DNA from: Trichoplax adhaerens
Taxonomy: Eukaryota; Animalia; Placozoa
Direction of reading: 5' to 3'
Assembly: GCF_000150275.1 (NCBI RefSeq)
Contig: NW_002060944.1
Coordinates: 1,474,911 to 1,538,910, forward strand
Length of the DNA stretch: 64,000 bases
Each line of letters opens with the position of its first letter. The stretch's first letter is position 1. The position numbers were made by a program, and so were the translations under genes. This document shows positions 24,066 to 38,777 of the stretch, in pieces. The notes beneath the pieces are model-generated. The model ran no database searches, had not been told where the DNA came from, and saw nothing but the letters and a program-made list of their open reading frames with translations.

Positions 24066-27000
24066 CTAGACTTCCGATAATTTATAGTTAGAAATCTTTT
24101 CTACTGCAGTTCGAATCGCATCCAACTGACCAGCAATATGTTCTAATCTGTGAAAAAGAAAATAGTATTTAAATTTCTCAGCGCCTTGTAAAACACGGTG
24201 TCGGCGACACTTATAATTATACTATTAAACTAAATTTAATTTACTTGTGCTTTTGACCAGAAAGTTGCTCTTCAATGTTATCAATTCGTTGCATCGTTAT
24301 ATCATCCATTTTCTTAGATTCAAGTTCCAAAGATGTCTGATCAATCTTGGCCAAAAACTAAAAATTGCAACAGAAATAATAGCTAAGTAATTTTAACTTG
24401 TATTTAACTACGATCTACTCATTAATACTGCATAACATACTAGTATCCAGAGTTAAATGATAGACATACTTCAGTAACAGACTTGCTGCGAAAAGAAATT
24501 TTATAATCCGTGTAATAGCGCTTTCGTAAATATAATGGTAATGCTCGCTCTAATGAAATTAGCGAATTAACTTGTAAAATAATCCTCTTCAAAGCTGCTT
24601 CACTTCTGACTTTGTCAATATCGCCCACAGCTAACCCCACCTTAGCAGATCACAGATTAAACAAATTTAAGAAGATACAGGATGCATAAAATAGGCAACA
24701 TGAGGAAAGCAAAAATTGAATTATTTGTTACGTAACTATCTTTCATGTAAAGATATAAGTTATTAGTTTAGATTTTATATCAGATTTAAATTCTATAAGA
24801 TGAATTTGCCTGCTTACCATTAAATTAATCACCATCACCGGCATAATGATAATAAAGAATACTAGGATGATTAAAGTCATAATACTGCGCGGATATCGAA
24901 TGCTACCATCAGCAATATCAGTCAAGAATGAATCACGATAATCAAATTCTCCCACAGTCATTACCATAATCCTTACTAAGGCTAGGGGAACACTATCTAA
25001 TGATACCTATAAATTGATAAATCACCCAAATATTCTATAAATAATTTACAAAATGTTGCAGTATTCACGAAGTACATTCAGAAAAAGCAATGATCTGTAA
25101 ATTATTCGGCAAGTGCTTAATTTAATACCGTAACAGCAACTTACTATTCTTCGTCATAAAGTATAATGTATTGAATATACAATAAAACATTATATTCTAT
25201 TAACTGCACTGAAAAAGACCGCAACATGAGCTTGCATAAACGAGATAATTAATTGGAAGTCAAGTTCTTAACTATCACGGCACTTTATTAACGCTAGTAA
25301 GGCATCCATAAGAGTATTGCAACGATTTCTTTAGTCATCACATTTAAATGATTGTTATTGATATATACTTTGAGCTAATTATCCATTTAATAAGAATATG
25401 AGCAATTGATATCGCAGATGAATATGCCACTCCCAAACAAAATTGCGAGATTTGTTGGTTAACTGTTATGCTCATGTTATGGTGTTTACTGCTGATGCAA
25501 TGACTAATGTTAGTCTTAATTGCCAAGATTTAGATATAACTCCCTATTTTGTATCATTATCTAAATTTAATAACTTATACTAAGTATGAGTACATAAAAG
25601 AGACAGTATTTAAGGCTGTGCAAGCTAAGGTCGTGGATGAGAGTTAGCGAAGACTTATTGTTTAGATCTGATCTTGTTACCCGTTCGTAACATATCGCTG
25701 TTGATTTGGTTGTTGGTCAGTTACAAGTTGGTAACTTCTATTTCCTAACTAATAAATTGAATAGATAGCTAGATCTAAAGTCTGTTTGTTATTAATTACC
25801 ACGTCCTAACATAATATTTTGGAGGCAGCAAACTTTACATTTTCGAACTCATGTCTTCGTATAGTTAACCATGAAGAATTTGCGACTAGTATGCTAATTG
25901 TGCTCGAGTAAATAATCGCCAACTACTAAGCTAAAGACTATTATGAAATATGTAATAAATCATCCGAGTATGACTGAAGTACTAATACTTACATTCTGGG
26001 GATCTAATAAATGGAAGCTTATAGCAAATCCTAATGCCAGTATAAAAACAATTACAAGAACCTAATGGAGGAGAATTCAAAGTTAGTACATTACCAATTA
26101 AATATGTTTATGTATTTAAGTATAGAGTAGATAGCGTATTTTATATACACATACACCACCAAATTTGATCTAAAGTCAGGATTTCTATTAAAGTGCAGAA
26201 CATGAGCGTAATCGGCTAAACGAACCTTGCAGATTGTTTCTACCATCGATCGTAGCATTATTACATAGACTCCAATTACGTCCATCCTAAATTATAAATG
26301 TTTTTTACAATCTCAATAACAAAATAGTAATCATACATTTAAAATCTTATTTTATTATTTAATCATACTGTTTCCTTCGCACCTTTGAATTTGCACCAGT
26401 AAGTTAATATACGCCAAAAATATCATAAAACTCAATAAAGTTAGCTTATCATCCAAACACGTTATAGGAAACCTAGCCACTATTATGTTTACGTATAAGG
26501 CTAATTCCATATAATTTTCAACATATTGAAAATATAGCCATTTCTATAATTTTGATTAATAAAATAGAAACATATATCATATTTCAACATTCCGAAAAAT
26601 TGCAACTTTCAACGGTTGTTACGTATAAATAATTCAACAGGATACGACTGGAATAAATCAGCTATAAGCAGTGACCATTTCATTCCTGAAATTTAAACTT
26701 TCTAAGCACGTTTAATATATTATAAGAAAATTAACCTTTATCATCAACAGCACTAGGAAATAATTACTACTGAAAATTGATTTTTGAACAGTAACAATTT
26801 GGCATTGAAGGCATATGCATCTCAAACTATCATGAAGTATATGAAAATATTTTATTATTGCATCACATATCGTTATGACATTCATAAATCTGCCCTTCTA
26901 TTCCATAATTAATTACGTATTATTATTACTATTAATATGCAGCTTCATATCTTTGTAATTGAAGAAGTTTTATCAATAAGCCATAAATGGAGCATCTATC

Positions 27001-30000
27001 ATCGACACCAAGTTATACTTACATGATATACTATTTGATAAGCTTCCTTCATCAAATTCATAATAGCGAAAATGAGGATTAGAGTCAGAAAAGTGGCTTC
27101 AATAGGGGAATCCTACAATTGTAGTAAGAATATAGTATGATTAGACCATATTCGAAAAAATTTGAAAAATTTTGGCTAGAAATTGGTTACTAAATTGCAG
27201 TTGTAATAAGTGTATGGAGCAATCATTATTTTACTCGAACCTTACAAACAAGCTTTAAGTAAGCTATTCAGCAATCCTGTAAGACTTACATCAATACTAT
27301 CGTCATGGATGCAGGTTGTTTTACTAGTGTTAGCAGGATGTGTTAAAGGAATTGGTTGAACTGCCGTACGACTTGGAATATCCAAGCCAATAATAGCTTC
27401 TCGATTAAAATGTTGAGTCGCGTAATAATTGCCCTGATAAATAGCAAATCCACTTAAAGACGTTACAAAAACTATGTAAACAACGAGACTGAAGTAATAA
27501 GCAATCCAACCAAAATGATTCCTAGCAAATAATTAGAGGGAATAGATAATTACTTATCAGAATATTTATATCACCAAAATGCAAGTGTAAGTAGTTCAAC
27601 ATGGAATAAAATTGTTCTAAAGAAATTTTGTGAAATACATACAAATAAAGAAGCAATAAATGAAAGAAATATCACTAAAATATTTTATCTGAAATAGAAA
27701 GTTACTAGTTAGAAAGCTGAATTACCGTACCAATTTGAAATACACTCACTATTGGTTTATCTTAAATGCAATCAAATTCTCCAGTTCATCTTCTAAAAGT
27801 TTAGAATTAACTGAAAGTAATTTTTGAGGCGGCTTTAGAAATTTACATATTGACTATGATCTTTACATTTACACTGCATGCATTCATTATACGGTAATAA
27901 GCTTAATTTCGATCTTTATATCTTAGTCTTTGTAATATCAACAGATATCAACAAAATGTAGCATTATAATGCGTAAATCGCTCATAAAGAATAAATGTGA
28001 GAAAGCCTGATCTAGTGCAAAAATAGAAATTATTTGATAACAGTAATGACAGGTATTAATCCTAGCTCACTTTAATTATGAGCTCCAGACAATATCATCA
28101 CGACTAAAGTAATACTAATAAGGAGAAAAATCAAGCATAAATAATTTCAATTATGTTATCAGTTCAATGGCAATAGCAATTTCTACTACATTTTTATACC
28201 AGAGCGCAAAATCTATTAGAAATAGCTACTAAATTGTTCTCCTAGGGAATGACCATTCGAAATTTTTTTACCACACGCGTACATATTTTAGCAGATTGTG
28301 ACCGCAAACCTAATCAAGGCTGCTTAAAGGATACTCAAATTAAGCAGACTCAAATTATCTGTCTTATTCTTGTAAAATACTGTAAATATACTTTTAATGA
28401 ATAAGAAGTAAAGTTCGAGGTAGAGAAGCATTTCTACAATCATCAGCATGAGAACTATTACATATACCCATGTATGTATTAGAGAATATTGGGCATTAGT
28501 GTTACTTTAACTTACCATTTATTAATTAACAATTTCTGCGATAATGGATGCATAAGGAGATCGTCCCGCTTACAGTTTACCATAGACTATAAATAAATAA
28601 ATACACTTATTAGGCACATTTCTAGCTGAACCAAGCGGAATATATTAATATAATAAATATTGGCATTAATCATATTTACTATATTCTAAAATTATTCTAT
28701 CTTAATAGTTATACGGTACTAACTTGTAAGGCATTTAAATTAATTTTTGAACCGTTGATACGATGATCGTATTCATAAATAGGTCCAGGATCAATAATTG
28801 AAAAATCATATTCAACCTAACGATACAGAAATAAAAAACTGGTACGAAGATTCTTAAAACTTTTACCACATGGTCAGTTATACGTCTAACACAGTACATC
28901 TACCAATGAACATAGAGTTAATCCGCATAGGGGGTACATGGTGCTCTCAGGCTAACAAACTTTACTCTATTGCATGATGAAGATACTAATAAGTTTCACC
29001 TTAAGCTCATTAGTGATACCATTAAATGTGGTCTTAATACATTGATTCATAACAACCTAGAAAGTAAAATTTTCATGTCAGATAAAACCAATCAAACCAC
29101 TTTGTATTGTATTCCACCGTATTTATTATGCCATTGTGATATCTATCCTATATTTCTGCCAATAATAATATCAAACAAATCGACTTATCTTCAAGGTTAA
29201 CACCATAGAATTTAAATGTTTTTGCTTCAACTACTGGCAAATTTAACTTAATACTCGTATTAGAAATAAATCGTAGAATCGGATGTAACATTTGGTCAGC
29301 TTGCAGCATGAGCCTACCATCTGTTATACTTAAATGCTGTGGAAAGTGCAGTAGTGAATACATACATTATAATCGAACCTGTTCACCTTGTCTCCTATTA
29401 AATAACTACTTTCATTAAACTATAGCCGTTTGAGTTATTGTTGTGTATCGCATAATTTGATAGCGGTGCTAATTACATACGCTTGTAATGTTTATTGACA
29501 TTATTTATATGATAAAATGAGTAAAACAGACCTTTGCTACTCGAGGCAGTTTCTGAATCAGACTTTGCAAAACACTACTTCCTGTCTTATCAACACGATT
29601 CAATATTTTTCTGCCACTTTTGCGATATTTCATATCCAGTTGCATATAAGAATAAGTAATGATTGAAATAAAATCTCAAGATTAGGTGACGTTGTAGAAC
29701 TTGAATAATAGCCAGATTTAAGTCCAAACAACGCATTTAGTCGATTATATCATATAGTTGTAGAATTTGGATATTCGAGCACTTTCACTTTTACATCACG
29801 TGAGACAGTATGTTCTTTATATTTCTATACATTTTATAATCATGTAAAATACCTAGGATGTGAAACGATGACTATAGCGACATCATCCCAGCCTCTATTA
29901 ATAGCAATATCAAGACATGTTTCGTCCGCTTTATCGATGATAGTACAGTCTGCACCATGTTCCAATAATATTTTCACTATATCAGCATAGCCATGCAAGG

Positions 30001-33000
30001 CAGCGATATGTAGGCAGCAGTCCTAAATATAATCCAACAGCTATTTTAGACTAATTACTGTATGAAATCTGTAAAAAATAAAGGCTACAGCACGGTCGTT
30101 TCCAAAAGATACTAAAAGATTTATAAATAGGAAATTGGCAATTATGTGATATTATATCAACCGTAAGTTGTTGCAATTCACTGCCATGATAAATGTTAAG
30201 AATTACGCATAATGTTTATATTTCATCCCTAACACGGAAATAACGACGATGAAACTACAACTCAATCGTTATTTTCTAAAATTTACTGCCTGTCTTCAAA
30301 TTCTTCCTAATCATACATACCCTACAAACAACTACTAAAGAGCTCTCTAAACTTATATATAAGGCAACACATATATATTAAGCTAAACAATTAATTACGG
30401 TACAATTTAATATTACCCCAAAATGACTTATTAAATCTGGCTGGGATCTATCCTTTAAAAACAATTCAACGATGCCTAGATATCCTCTTTCACATGCAAT
30501 TTCTAAAGGCGTAGCGCAACTAGCATCGCTGAAAATGTAAAATAATGAAAATAATCGTTTCAAGAATTTTCAAGAATTTCATAACATTAAAATGACGATA
30601 TATTCTAAATTATTCAGCTAAATATTTCGTAAATCTTTACTGTTACGTAATTTACATCTTATCTAGCATGGAACAATGCGAAATAAGTATTTGAACCGTC
30701 TGTTTCGACCCGGATAAAACTGCTAAGTGAAGCGGGGTGCGCGATCGCTCACCAGAACTATTAAGAAGAATTTTATTATGTCCAAAGAGTAATTCTATAA
30801 CAGAATACTGTCCATTCCTAACAATTATTAAAAAACAAAGTTGATAAATCAGTAAACAAAGATTGATTTTAACCATAATTGGTATACATAATGAATTATG
30901 ATGCATAAGATGGACATTGAATTAGCAAAACCTATCACTACTGCAAAAGGATCATCTTCAATCTAATTTCATTACTCCTATAAGCGCTATTTATAGCTCA
31001 CTATTCAGTACACACTAATAATCCTTTAAACTAACAAAATTCCAATTCTTTACTTACTTGCAACCACAATGTAATGGACTATTATTATCAGAATCGAAGA
31101 TCTCTACCGTAGCTCCATAACTTAGTAACAGCGTAATCATCTAATCAAAATTAAAAATATTTCAACCTGTTACAGTGTATGACAAAGGCAGAACAATATT
31201 GCTTATCGTAAATTTAGTGCTATCACTTAGCATACATAATTAATACCTCGTAATTGCCAAATTCTGCAGCATAATGCAATGGAGTCCTTCCAAATGCATC
31301 TTTACTGTTAATGGTCTGTTTCTTTACGACCTATATTTCATCAGTGTGCGTTGTTAATATAACAAAAAATAAGAAAAATACCAAGCTGCTTTTACGATCA
31401 GTAGTACTCTCATAACGACTTTAAAACTAAATTCCGTGATAACTATTGAAACACGCAATGCAATTACATATAGTACAGTAAGACATAAATAGTACCTCTA
31501 ACAGCAATTGTAACATTTCAAAGCGGTTTTCCTGGATTGCAATATGGAGGGAATTTTGATTCAAATCATCTACCCTTTCGATATTACATCCTTGTCTCAA
31601 TAAAAATCCTGCAACGTCAATTTGACCTTTCGCAATAGCAAACATAAATGCTGTTCTTTGCCTCCGATCAACAGAATGAAGATCAGCGCCCTTAAATTAA
31701 TTATTTGAGATTTATCATAAGTTTACTGAAGATCAAACAGTATTACATAATGAACGTAACAAAAATTCAGTAATTTGACAAACTTTTACCTTCTTTAGTA
31801 AAGTTTCGCATATTGTTGTTTGTCCTAACATAGCTGCGTAGTGTAATGGAGTCTTTCGTTGCGAATCGGTAGCATTCACATTAGAACCCTTTGATATAAG
31901 GATTGAAACAATTTCGTTGCATCCGCTAGCACAGGCTATATGCAGAGATGTACGCCCATTTTTCTATGGATAAAGATACACGTTGGGATAGAAGGCTTAA
32001 GTATCACCAGAATTGTTTTTAAGAAACTACAAGTTCCATTCGTAGCATGGAATTAGATAGTAAAAGTTCATCATACTACAGGTGTCATCTACTCATATCA
32101 TCTACGTTTAATTACCACTTATATAACGTTATGAATTACACTTAAATAACGATCACACATTACACTGCACATTATACATTTATATCTTTATTCCTGATCA
32201 TTCAGTAAAACAAACTAGAATGTCCAACGTAAATCTAATTGCTTTCGCATAATTTACGATTTTTAAATTAAATAATTATCCTGCTAGTCGTCATTTTAAA
32301 TTCAGAAGCACCTCAACATCCATTACTTTGGCTCCATTCTCAATTAATTCTTCTACAGCCTGGCCAACATGCAACGTATCAAACCAATATCAGATATTAT
32401 AACCGACTATAATGATCATTTATCTTAACGCTGTCTACGGATAACTTAAATAAAATGTTACTTTATTACCTGAAAACGCCAATTCTGTATTGCTCGATGC
32501 AATGGCGTCTGCCCCTCACAATCACGCATTTGAACTTCATTTTCCACATTACGTCCCAATTTTCGGGCTTGGCTAAGTAAACTTTGAATAACAGTAATAT
32601 TGCCAGAAGCTGCTGCATAATGCAATGCAAAACTACCATCCGCTGATGACATTGTGATATCGGCATCGAATACAAGCTTGATTAGTAAAAAAGGAATATA
32701 TTACAGTATGCTAGGCTGTGTAAGCCCGGCGTAGCTGGGTATTTCTGTATAAAGCCGGTGAATCTGACACAAAAATATCTATATGGGATTCATATACACA
32801 ATCCGCACAGCCTAGCACTATCGCCAAAATTTTAAAGTAGCTTTATAAATGCGAAATGGCTCTATGCTATAGAATGACGGTGCAGTAGCTAGATCGCATT
32901 TTTACACGGATACCGCGAAGCATATTTTATTCTGTTAAATTCATCAAATTGTGTAAGTTTATCATTTATAAAGTGTCTTCACACATGATTAAGTACAAGT

Positions 33001-36000
33001 GCAAGTAGCTAGCCAAATAGGTGAATGGTTACCGGACAAAAATAAATTTACTACGATGTTGAGTACTAAGCGATGAAAACTAGTAGGATGTCTCGCTCGT
33101 GATGCTTCTCGTAAACGTACAAGTACATTATTTCATAAATTTTAAATACTTGGTACTGTATGTGCATCTACATTGCAAAATTATAAGATAATGATACTCT
33201 AATTTGGCATCAACAAGCACTAGCCAGACTAGTAAAAATTTACTTTTGAAAGCATCTTCTAATAGTGGTACAACTACTGCATTAACCAATGAATTTCATA
33301 TTCGTTGGTAAATACAGGTATACATGCACGATATCAGTTATAAAAGCAAGAAGTTCAATTTTAGATTACTATGCCGTATCTAGCTTCTATAACACTCCGA
33401 TCAATTTTCTCATTTAGATTATAGTACATTATCAAGTTTTAATATACCTCCTGTTGCGCCAAATTATAATTTATTAAAATGAAAATGCTTTGGCGATCAG
33501 TTTCGCCTAAAGTCATAAAAATTTTTATCCACGCAGTTGCAAATAAGAGTACAACGTGTATATGTAGTAATATCTCAAGGCACGATGCACTGTTGATCAC
33601 CAATAAGAGTATTGCATAGGTCATACTTCGCAAAACATTTAAAGGAACATTTTAAGCAATCAAACTCTGTAAAACTTACCAGTAGGCGACAAACTTCCTC
33701 CATACCGAGCCTGCAGGCGACATGAAGTGGGGAGAGTAAGTCATTATCTTGTATATTAATAAGGGCATTGTTATGCTTTAGCAAAATCTGAAACAATATC
33801 AAAAAATTGTACATGAGTCTAATATATGATTAATGGTTAATGATTGATATACTACAATACATGGCATATATTTGGAAAGCCACATTTTCCCGCTTCGTGT
33901 AACAACGTTCCTCCATTCAAGTCTAAAGCATTCAAGTTACACTTAAACTGAACTAAAACTTGCAAGGTAGCTTCGGAATTATATCTCACGGCTGTAAAGA
34001 CAGGAGGTACTCCAGTAGGACTACAAACATTCACATCTATTAGAGTTTAAATCACAATAATAGCGTTAAATTGAGCAATTCATGATTACAAAATCAAACA
34101 TGATAATAGATCAGAGCTGAATCTACAAAAATTTCACCAGAGATTCTAATTACCCGCATGATTTTCCAGTAATAGCTTTGCAACTTCAGGTCTATCATAT
34201 CTTACCGCATAATGTAAAAGCGACATATCAGAACTATCGAGTTTATTTAATTCGCGATCGACGTTAAAATCCGACTTTAAGTAACTTTGAATTATTGACA
34301 GATTACCAGTCTTGGATGCCTAAATATAATACTTTGTGTTAGTCAAATCATAATAAAGGTAGACTAAATTTTTAAGCGCTTTAGTATACCATTAACTCAG
34401 AATTGATAATAGCTTGATAAACAGGGATTGAAACCTTTATGATAAGGTCGATAATATTAATGGATCATAAAGTATTTAAAACGATGATTAACTTAGCTGA
34501 TACGGTATTTTCACTGGAGCAATAATAAGTATAACGAATTAAAGTTATTTTAAAAGGGTAGCAAATTTAGGTCGTTTTTAACTTTTTTTAGTAAAATAAA
34601 AACGCAATATGCAGCAATTTGAAGTCTATTTCCAAGTGCAATAAAAAATCACAGATTGTGAATCCAATCAACAAATTTCTTTAGTCAACTTATATATATA
34701 ATCACGATGACTAATAAAATTGCTCACGTAAAAATGCTATTAAAACCAAATCTAAACTCACTCCTTCATAAGTGTTATACGTCACAAGAGAGCATGAAAT
34801 TGGCTCTATTTATGGAAGAAATGAATAGAACGATAATGTATGTATTCTTGTACTATTGATCGATTTCTGAATTTTCAAGCTCCTTGATCCTGATGTATAG
34901 TCTTACCATTGGTAGGTATAGACTTCGATTAGAGATTAACTTGATTCGATATTTAAGTTAGTATCTTCGTACAGCTTTAAAACGACATTTATTTATTAGC
35001 GAAATCCCCTATTTGTGATACCTCATGCACTAGGTTACTGGATAGAATATTTTGTCATAATATATACAGTACAATTCAAATCTTTAATTGTAGATTAGGT
35101 TCCGTTCTATAATTATCGGTACTCAACCGATTAGATAAGTAATTTTGCCATGTTAAATTTTGTACACTGTCCTTGACGACAAAATGCTCCCTATTTCAGT
35201 AATTCATTATACTGATGAACAGACTACTGTATGAGATAGCAACCTTTCAAGGTGTATATTTGAGATATTCCCAATCTTCCTAATAAAATCAGTACGCTAA
35301 AATTTACTTTGAACGAAATAATACATAAAAAAGTATTTCGGTAAATTCATTTCATCTGATCGACAATTATCCAATTATGGAGTAAAGTCGTATTCTAAGT
35401 AGTTTAATTCATTTATCAATCCAAATACTTCCTATACGCAATCGGCTCTCCTGTACAGTGCTCAGCTTGACACTACGATTTTGACTGCATCATAACACGT
35501 TATTCTGTGACAGGTCTTTGAGACACAAGTAGATATTAACAGTTCTGTTTCAAGAATTGGAACCTTAAGGAGTCTTTGATGAGAGTTTTAAAATGAATTC
35601 TAATGTTTTACTACTCTGGCTTAACATAAATGAGCTGTAATTTCAATGATAAATCAATGTCTACACATTAAACTTCGGACTACCACATTCTAGGCACTTG
35701 TGTGCCCTAATAATACAAGTTATAAATTTTTTAAGATATTGTACGGAGATAGGACAAAATTAGAATATATTATCATTTATAGGAGTACGGCGATCTACTT
35801 TTAGTTTTATTTTAATGTAGATGATGCATAAATAATACTAACTTAGAAGTATTATGGCATAAACCAACTTACCCATAATAATTCCGACCAACCTATAGCC
35901 TTTGCAGAAGATCTACGGCTTCCTTCTTTGACAAGATGATCAGGATCGACAATAACAGAACTTGGGAACCCCTCATAGACATCTTCGATTCTGTTAGAAG

Positions 36001-36019
36001 GTTGCACTTTGCTAGACAT
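24066..36019 (-). CDS. TRPA1: TRPA1-like ankyrin-repeat TRP channel, paralog A (complete, about 26 exons)
   Basis: ATG 36019 (MSSKVQPSN...SELLW|GT at 35873). Exon 2 ASKTGN...LLHYAVRYDR, ankyrin array, LLMHPL...NKW, S2-S3 KEAYQ...ENYME, pore VMTVGEFDYRDSFL, GLAVGDIDKVRSEAALKRI (cf. TRPA1 GLAVGDIAEVQKHASLKRI). Last exon ends YKLSEV* (TAG 24066-24068). Confidence 0.92.
32709..32817. mobile_element. Possible MITE-like element in a TRPA paralog A intron
   Basis: Perfect 12-bp inverted repeats tgctaggctgtg (32709-32720) and cacagcctagca (32806-32817) around a somewhat GC-richer core. No clear target-site duplication. Confidence 0.4.
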
Positions 36020-36287
36020 GTCAAATACAAGCTGAATAGAAAGGTATAGCAGCCTCAATATAAAGAAGATTGAAATCGTTCTTAGGCGATTAATGTCGTT
36101 AGGAGATTACAGCAATCAAAATATAAGGATCTAACAAAGAATCAAAATCCAGAACTAAATTGTATTAATTGAATAAACGATTCTTTCTACTCTAATGATC
36201 CCAATAAAAATCTAGATTATGCACGTACAGCAAACAGATTTATAAAGTTTTATTTAAGATTAACAAAAGTTTTGTATGAATGCTTAA

Positions 36288-36301
36288 GCATCCATGGTAA
36301 C
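36288..36301. promoter_or_regulatory. Candidate RFX X-box upstream of TRPA paralog A
   Basis: GCATCCATGGTAAC (minus strand GTTACCATGGATGC): one perfect half-site, one mismatch to RTHNYY-WT-RRNRAC, about 270 bp upstream of the ATG. Confidence 0.3.
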
Positions 36302-38777
36302 ATAAAACGCCTAAATACGCATCAATTAAGTAAAACAATATCTTTAATCCATAAGCCACAGCTCTTAATTACAACAAGACTTGCTAGTAAGTATTTTATT
36401 AACATTCCTTAGCCTTTGTCATTATTAATTTATTCATGTAGTTATAGATTATAGTTTCAAACAATATGTGAATGGTGAATCATCCATTTATCAATTATCC
36501 TATTCTTAATCAATAAGTGATGTGCAATATATTGTAATTAAGTAAACAATAACTGAGTCGAAGACATCCGCAAAATCCGGAGATTTGACCAAGATTTCTA
36601 CAGTACCATAACCGCTTTTGTAGGCAGTTAGCTAACTACGGTACTTAGTAACAGTATAAATTCATTAAGCTCAATATTTAGGTAACTGTACACCAAGGAT
36701 GTCATACTAAGAACTCTTTGTCCACTATTAATGACGGACATTAGATTTTGGTTAAAGAATATTAATTAAGCGCTTTACAGAAATATTCAGTTTACTACAT
36801 TTCTAATGTTATATGTGATATAAAAGTTGAACTGAATCGTCTCTAAATGATAATAAGTAAACATCTAATAACGAGATACCGTTAGAGCAATTAGTAGGTA
36901 GGATATCTGTCCTAAAGTCATTGAATGAATTCAGTCGGTCATTATTTAACTTTTGACTTGAACATAGGGTTACGGAGACGGAAACTTGAAATCAGAGACA
37001 TAACTGAATAATGATACATATTATTCGTATATCAACAGGCGTTACTGCTTGCTTTTCATCTACTCGTAGTCAAATATAGATTATAATATCACTCTACCTT
37101 ATATTATGTTCACTATTAATATTCCTTGTTTGTTATCATTCATTGCTAGCTTAGCAAGTGGGAGTAGTTACAATACAATATACAAGCCGTTTAGATCACC
37201 TTTGCTGGATTGCAAAGGTACAGTACAAAGTTCTACAACTGATTTCTATTCTCTATTTGGTAATTGGCATTCTTGCCTCACTTCGTGTTATTGTTCAGTT
37301 TATATATAAGTAACATATACACTCTTGAGACTGCTTTACTATCTTATAAAGCTACTCAGTTCTTCATAAAAATAAATTTCTACTTTGCTAATAAAATCAT
37401 TAGATAATAATCATGATAGCCAGGAATCCTGGTTTACCAATAATACGAATCTTCAATCACAAAGATCCATTAAGCAATTGATTATATTTTTATTGGTGTA
37501 GTCGTTACAGTCATTATACCTGCAATGGCCATTCAATTCTTAGATTCTAGGTAACTGCTTCAAGTTATTTTATTAAACTTATAGTAGACTGTAAATAGCG
37601 AAGGAAAATTAATAGCTCAACTTCTGAGTCTGCCATCTTATAAAATTTACTTTAAAGCTTTCTCACAGCAAAGAAAGAAGCATTTGCATTTTAAGTCTGC
37701 ATATTAAATTAAATTTTAATAAAATTACTTTATCTGAGTACAACTGATATGTATCCTTTTATACAATTTGATTATGTACATTTCGGTTAGTAAGAAATAA
37801 AGTTACTTTGACTATGGGATTTAAGATATCGCAGTAATAGCAAATTGAGCAACGCGACTATGTAGCAAGAATCGTCAAATTCTGTAATCAAAAATTTTGT
37901 CTGATTCTTAGTTTAAATTCTATATTTGACTCATGAGTAAACCCACACAACGTGTTCTTCAATTTATTTTTTATTACTGAAGTTATTTTATAATCAAGAC
38001 TAAGAAAATTGCCCTAACCCATAATATTGAACACTTTTATTTCTAATAAATTAGCTGATAGTTTATTAATTTACGTTTAAATAGCAAACACATAAAACTA
38101 TACTTGCATACATGTATATGATCTTTTCCATATAGAATAAGTGGCTTATTAGTGAAACTCCGTACTAGGCCATATGCAGCGATGTGGCAAAATAATCATT
38201 GGATACAGTAAGAGTTTTGCATTATACGCTACCAATAGTATCAAAGACAGTATAATCTCTTATTAAGAATTAAGAGTGCCCACCGTACAGGGGCTAATAA
38301 AATATGCACCCAATCTTAATAGTCTTTCTATCATGCAACCGTAGTATCTAGCATAAGCTTCTTTTACCTAAATTTTAAATTTACCATCGTTCCACTAACG
38401 TATAGTTAGCATTTATCAATTAAAATTGACGCAGAGATTTAGTTTATGCTAAATATATTATCCGTTTTATTTCAGATATCTTTTGTACTATTGCTTTACT
38501 TTGGTGAGAAGGGTGTTGATTAAATTGATCTCGGGTAAATGCAAATATTACTGTCATGATATTCAACTAAAGTATACAGAGTAAGCAAAACCAAGCAATT
38601 TTCAATATTTATCCAAATACAATCGTAAGCTTGGATAATATAGTAATTCTGCAAACTAAAATTTACCCTTTTACACATCAAATTTCAACGTCAACTATGG
38701 TAGCCATTCTTAATTCAGATATTCGTTAAAGTCAGATAAATAAAAAAGAGTCATCATATGCTTATAAATAATATCAT

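Noticed and set aside
29148-29363. 71-aa intronic ORF in TRPA-A, overlapping a 36-aa plus-strand ORF with CxxC...CxxC
   Set aside because: Absent from paralogs B and C, only a weak in-phase donor, and too short to distinguish from chance.
8995-36019. Assignment of the ankyrin channels to TRPN (NompC), or as stand-alone ankyrins
   Set aside because: About 17 repeats rather than about 29, six TM segments, and the TRPA-specific GLAVGDI motif with no classical TRP box.
37106-37309. Plus-strand 67-aa ORF between Cav2 and TRPA-A
   Set aside because: No homology or exon structure evident.
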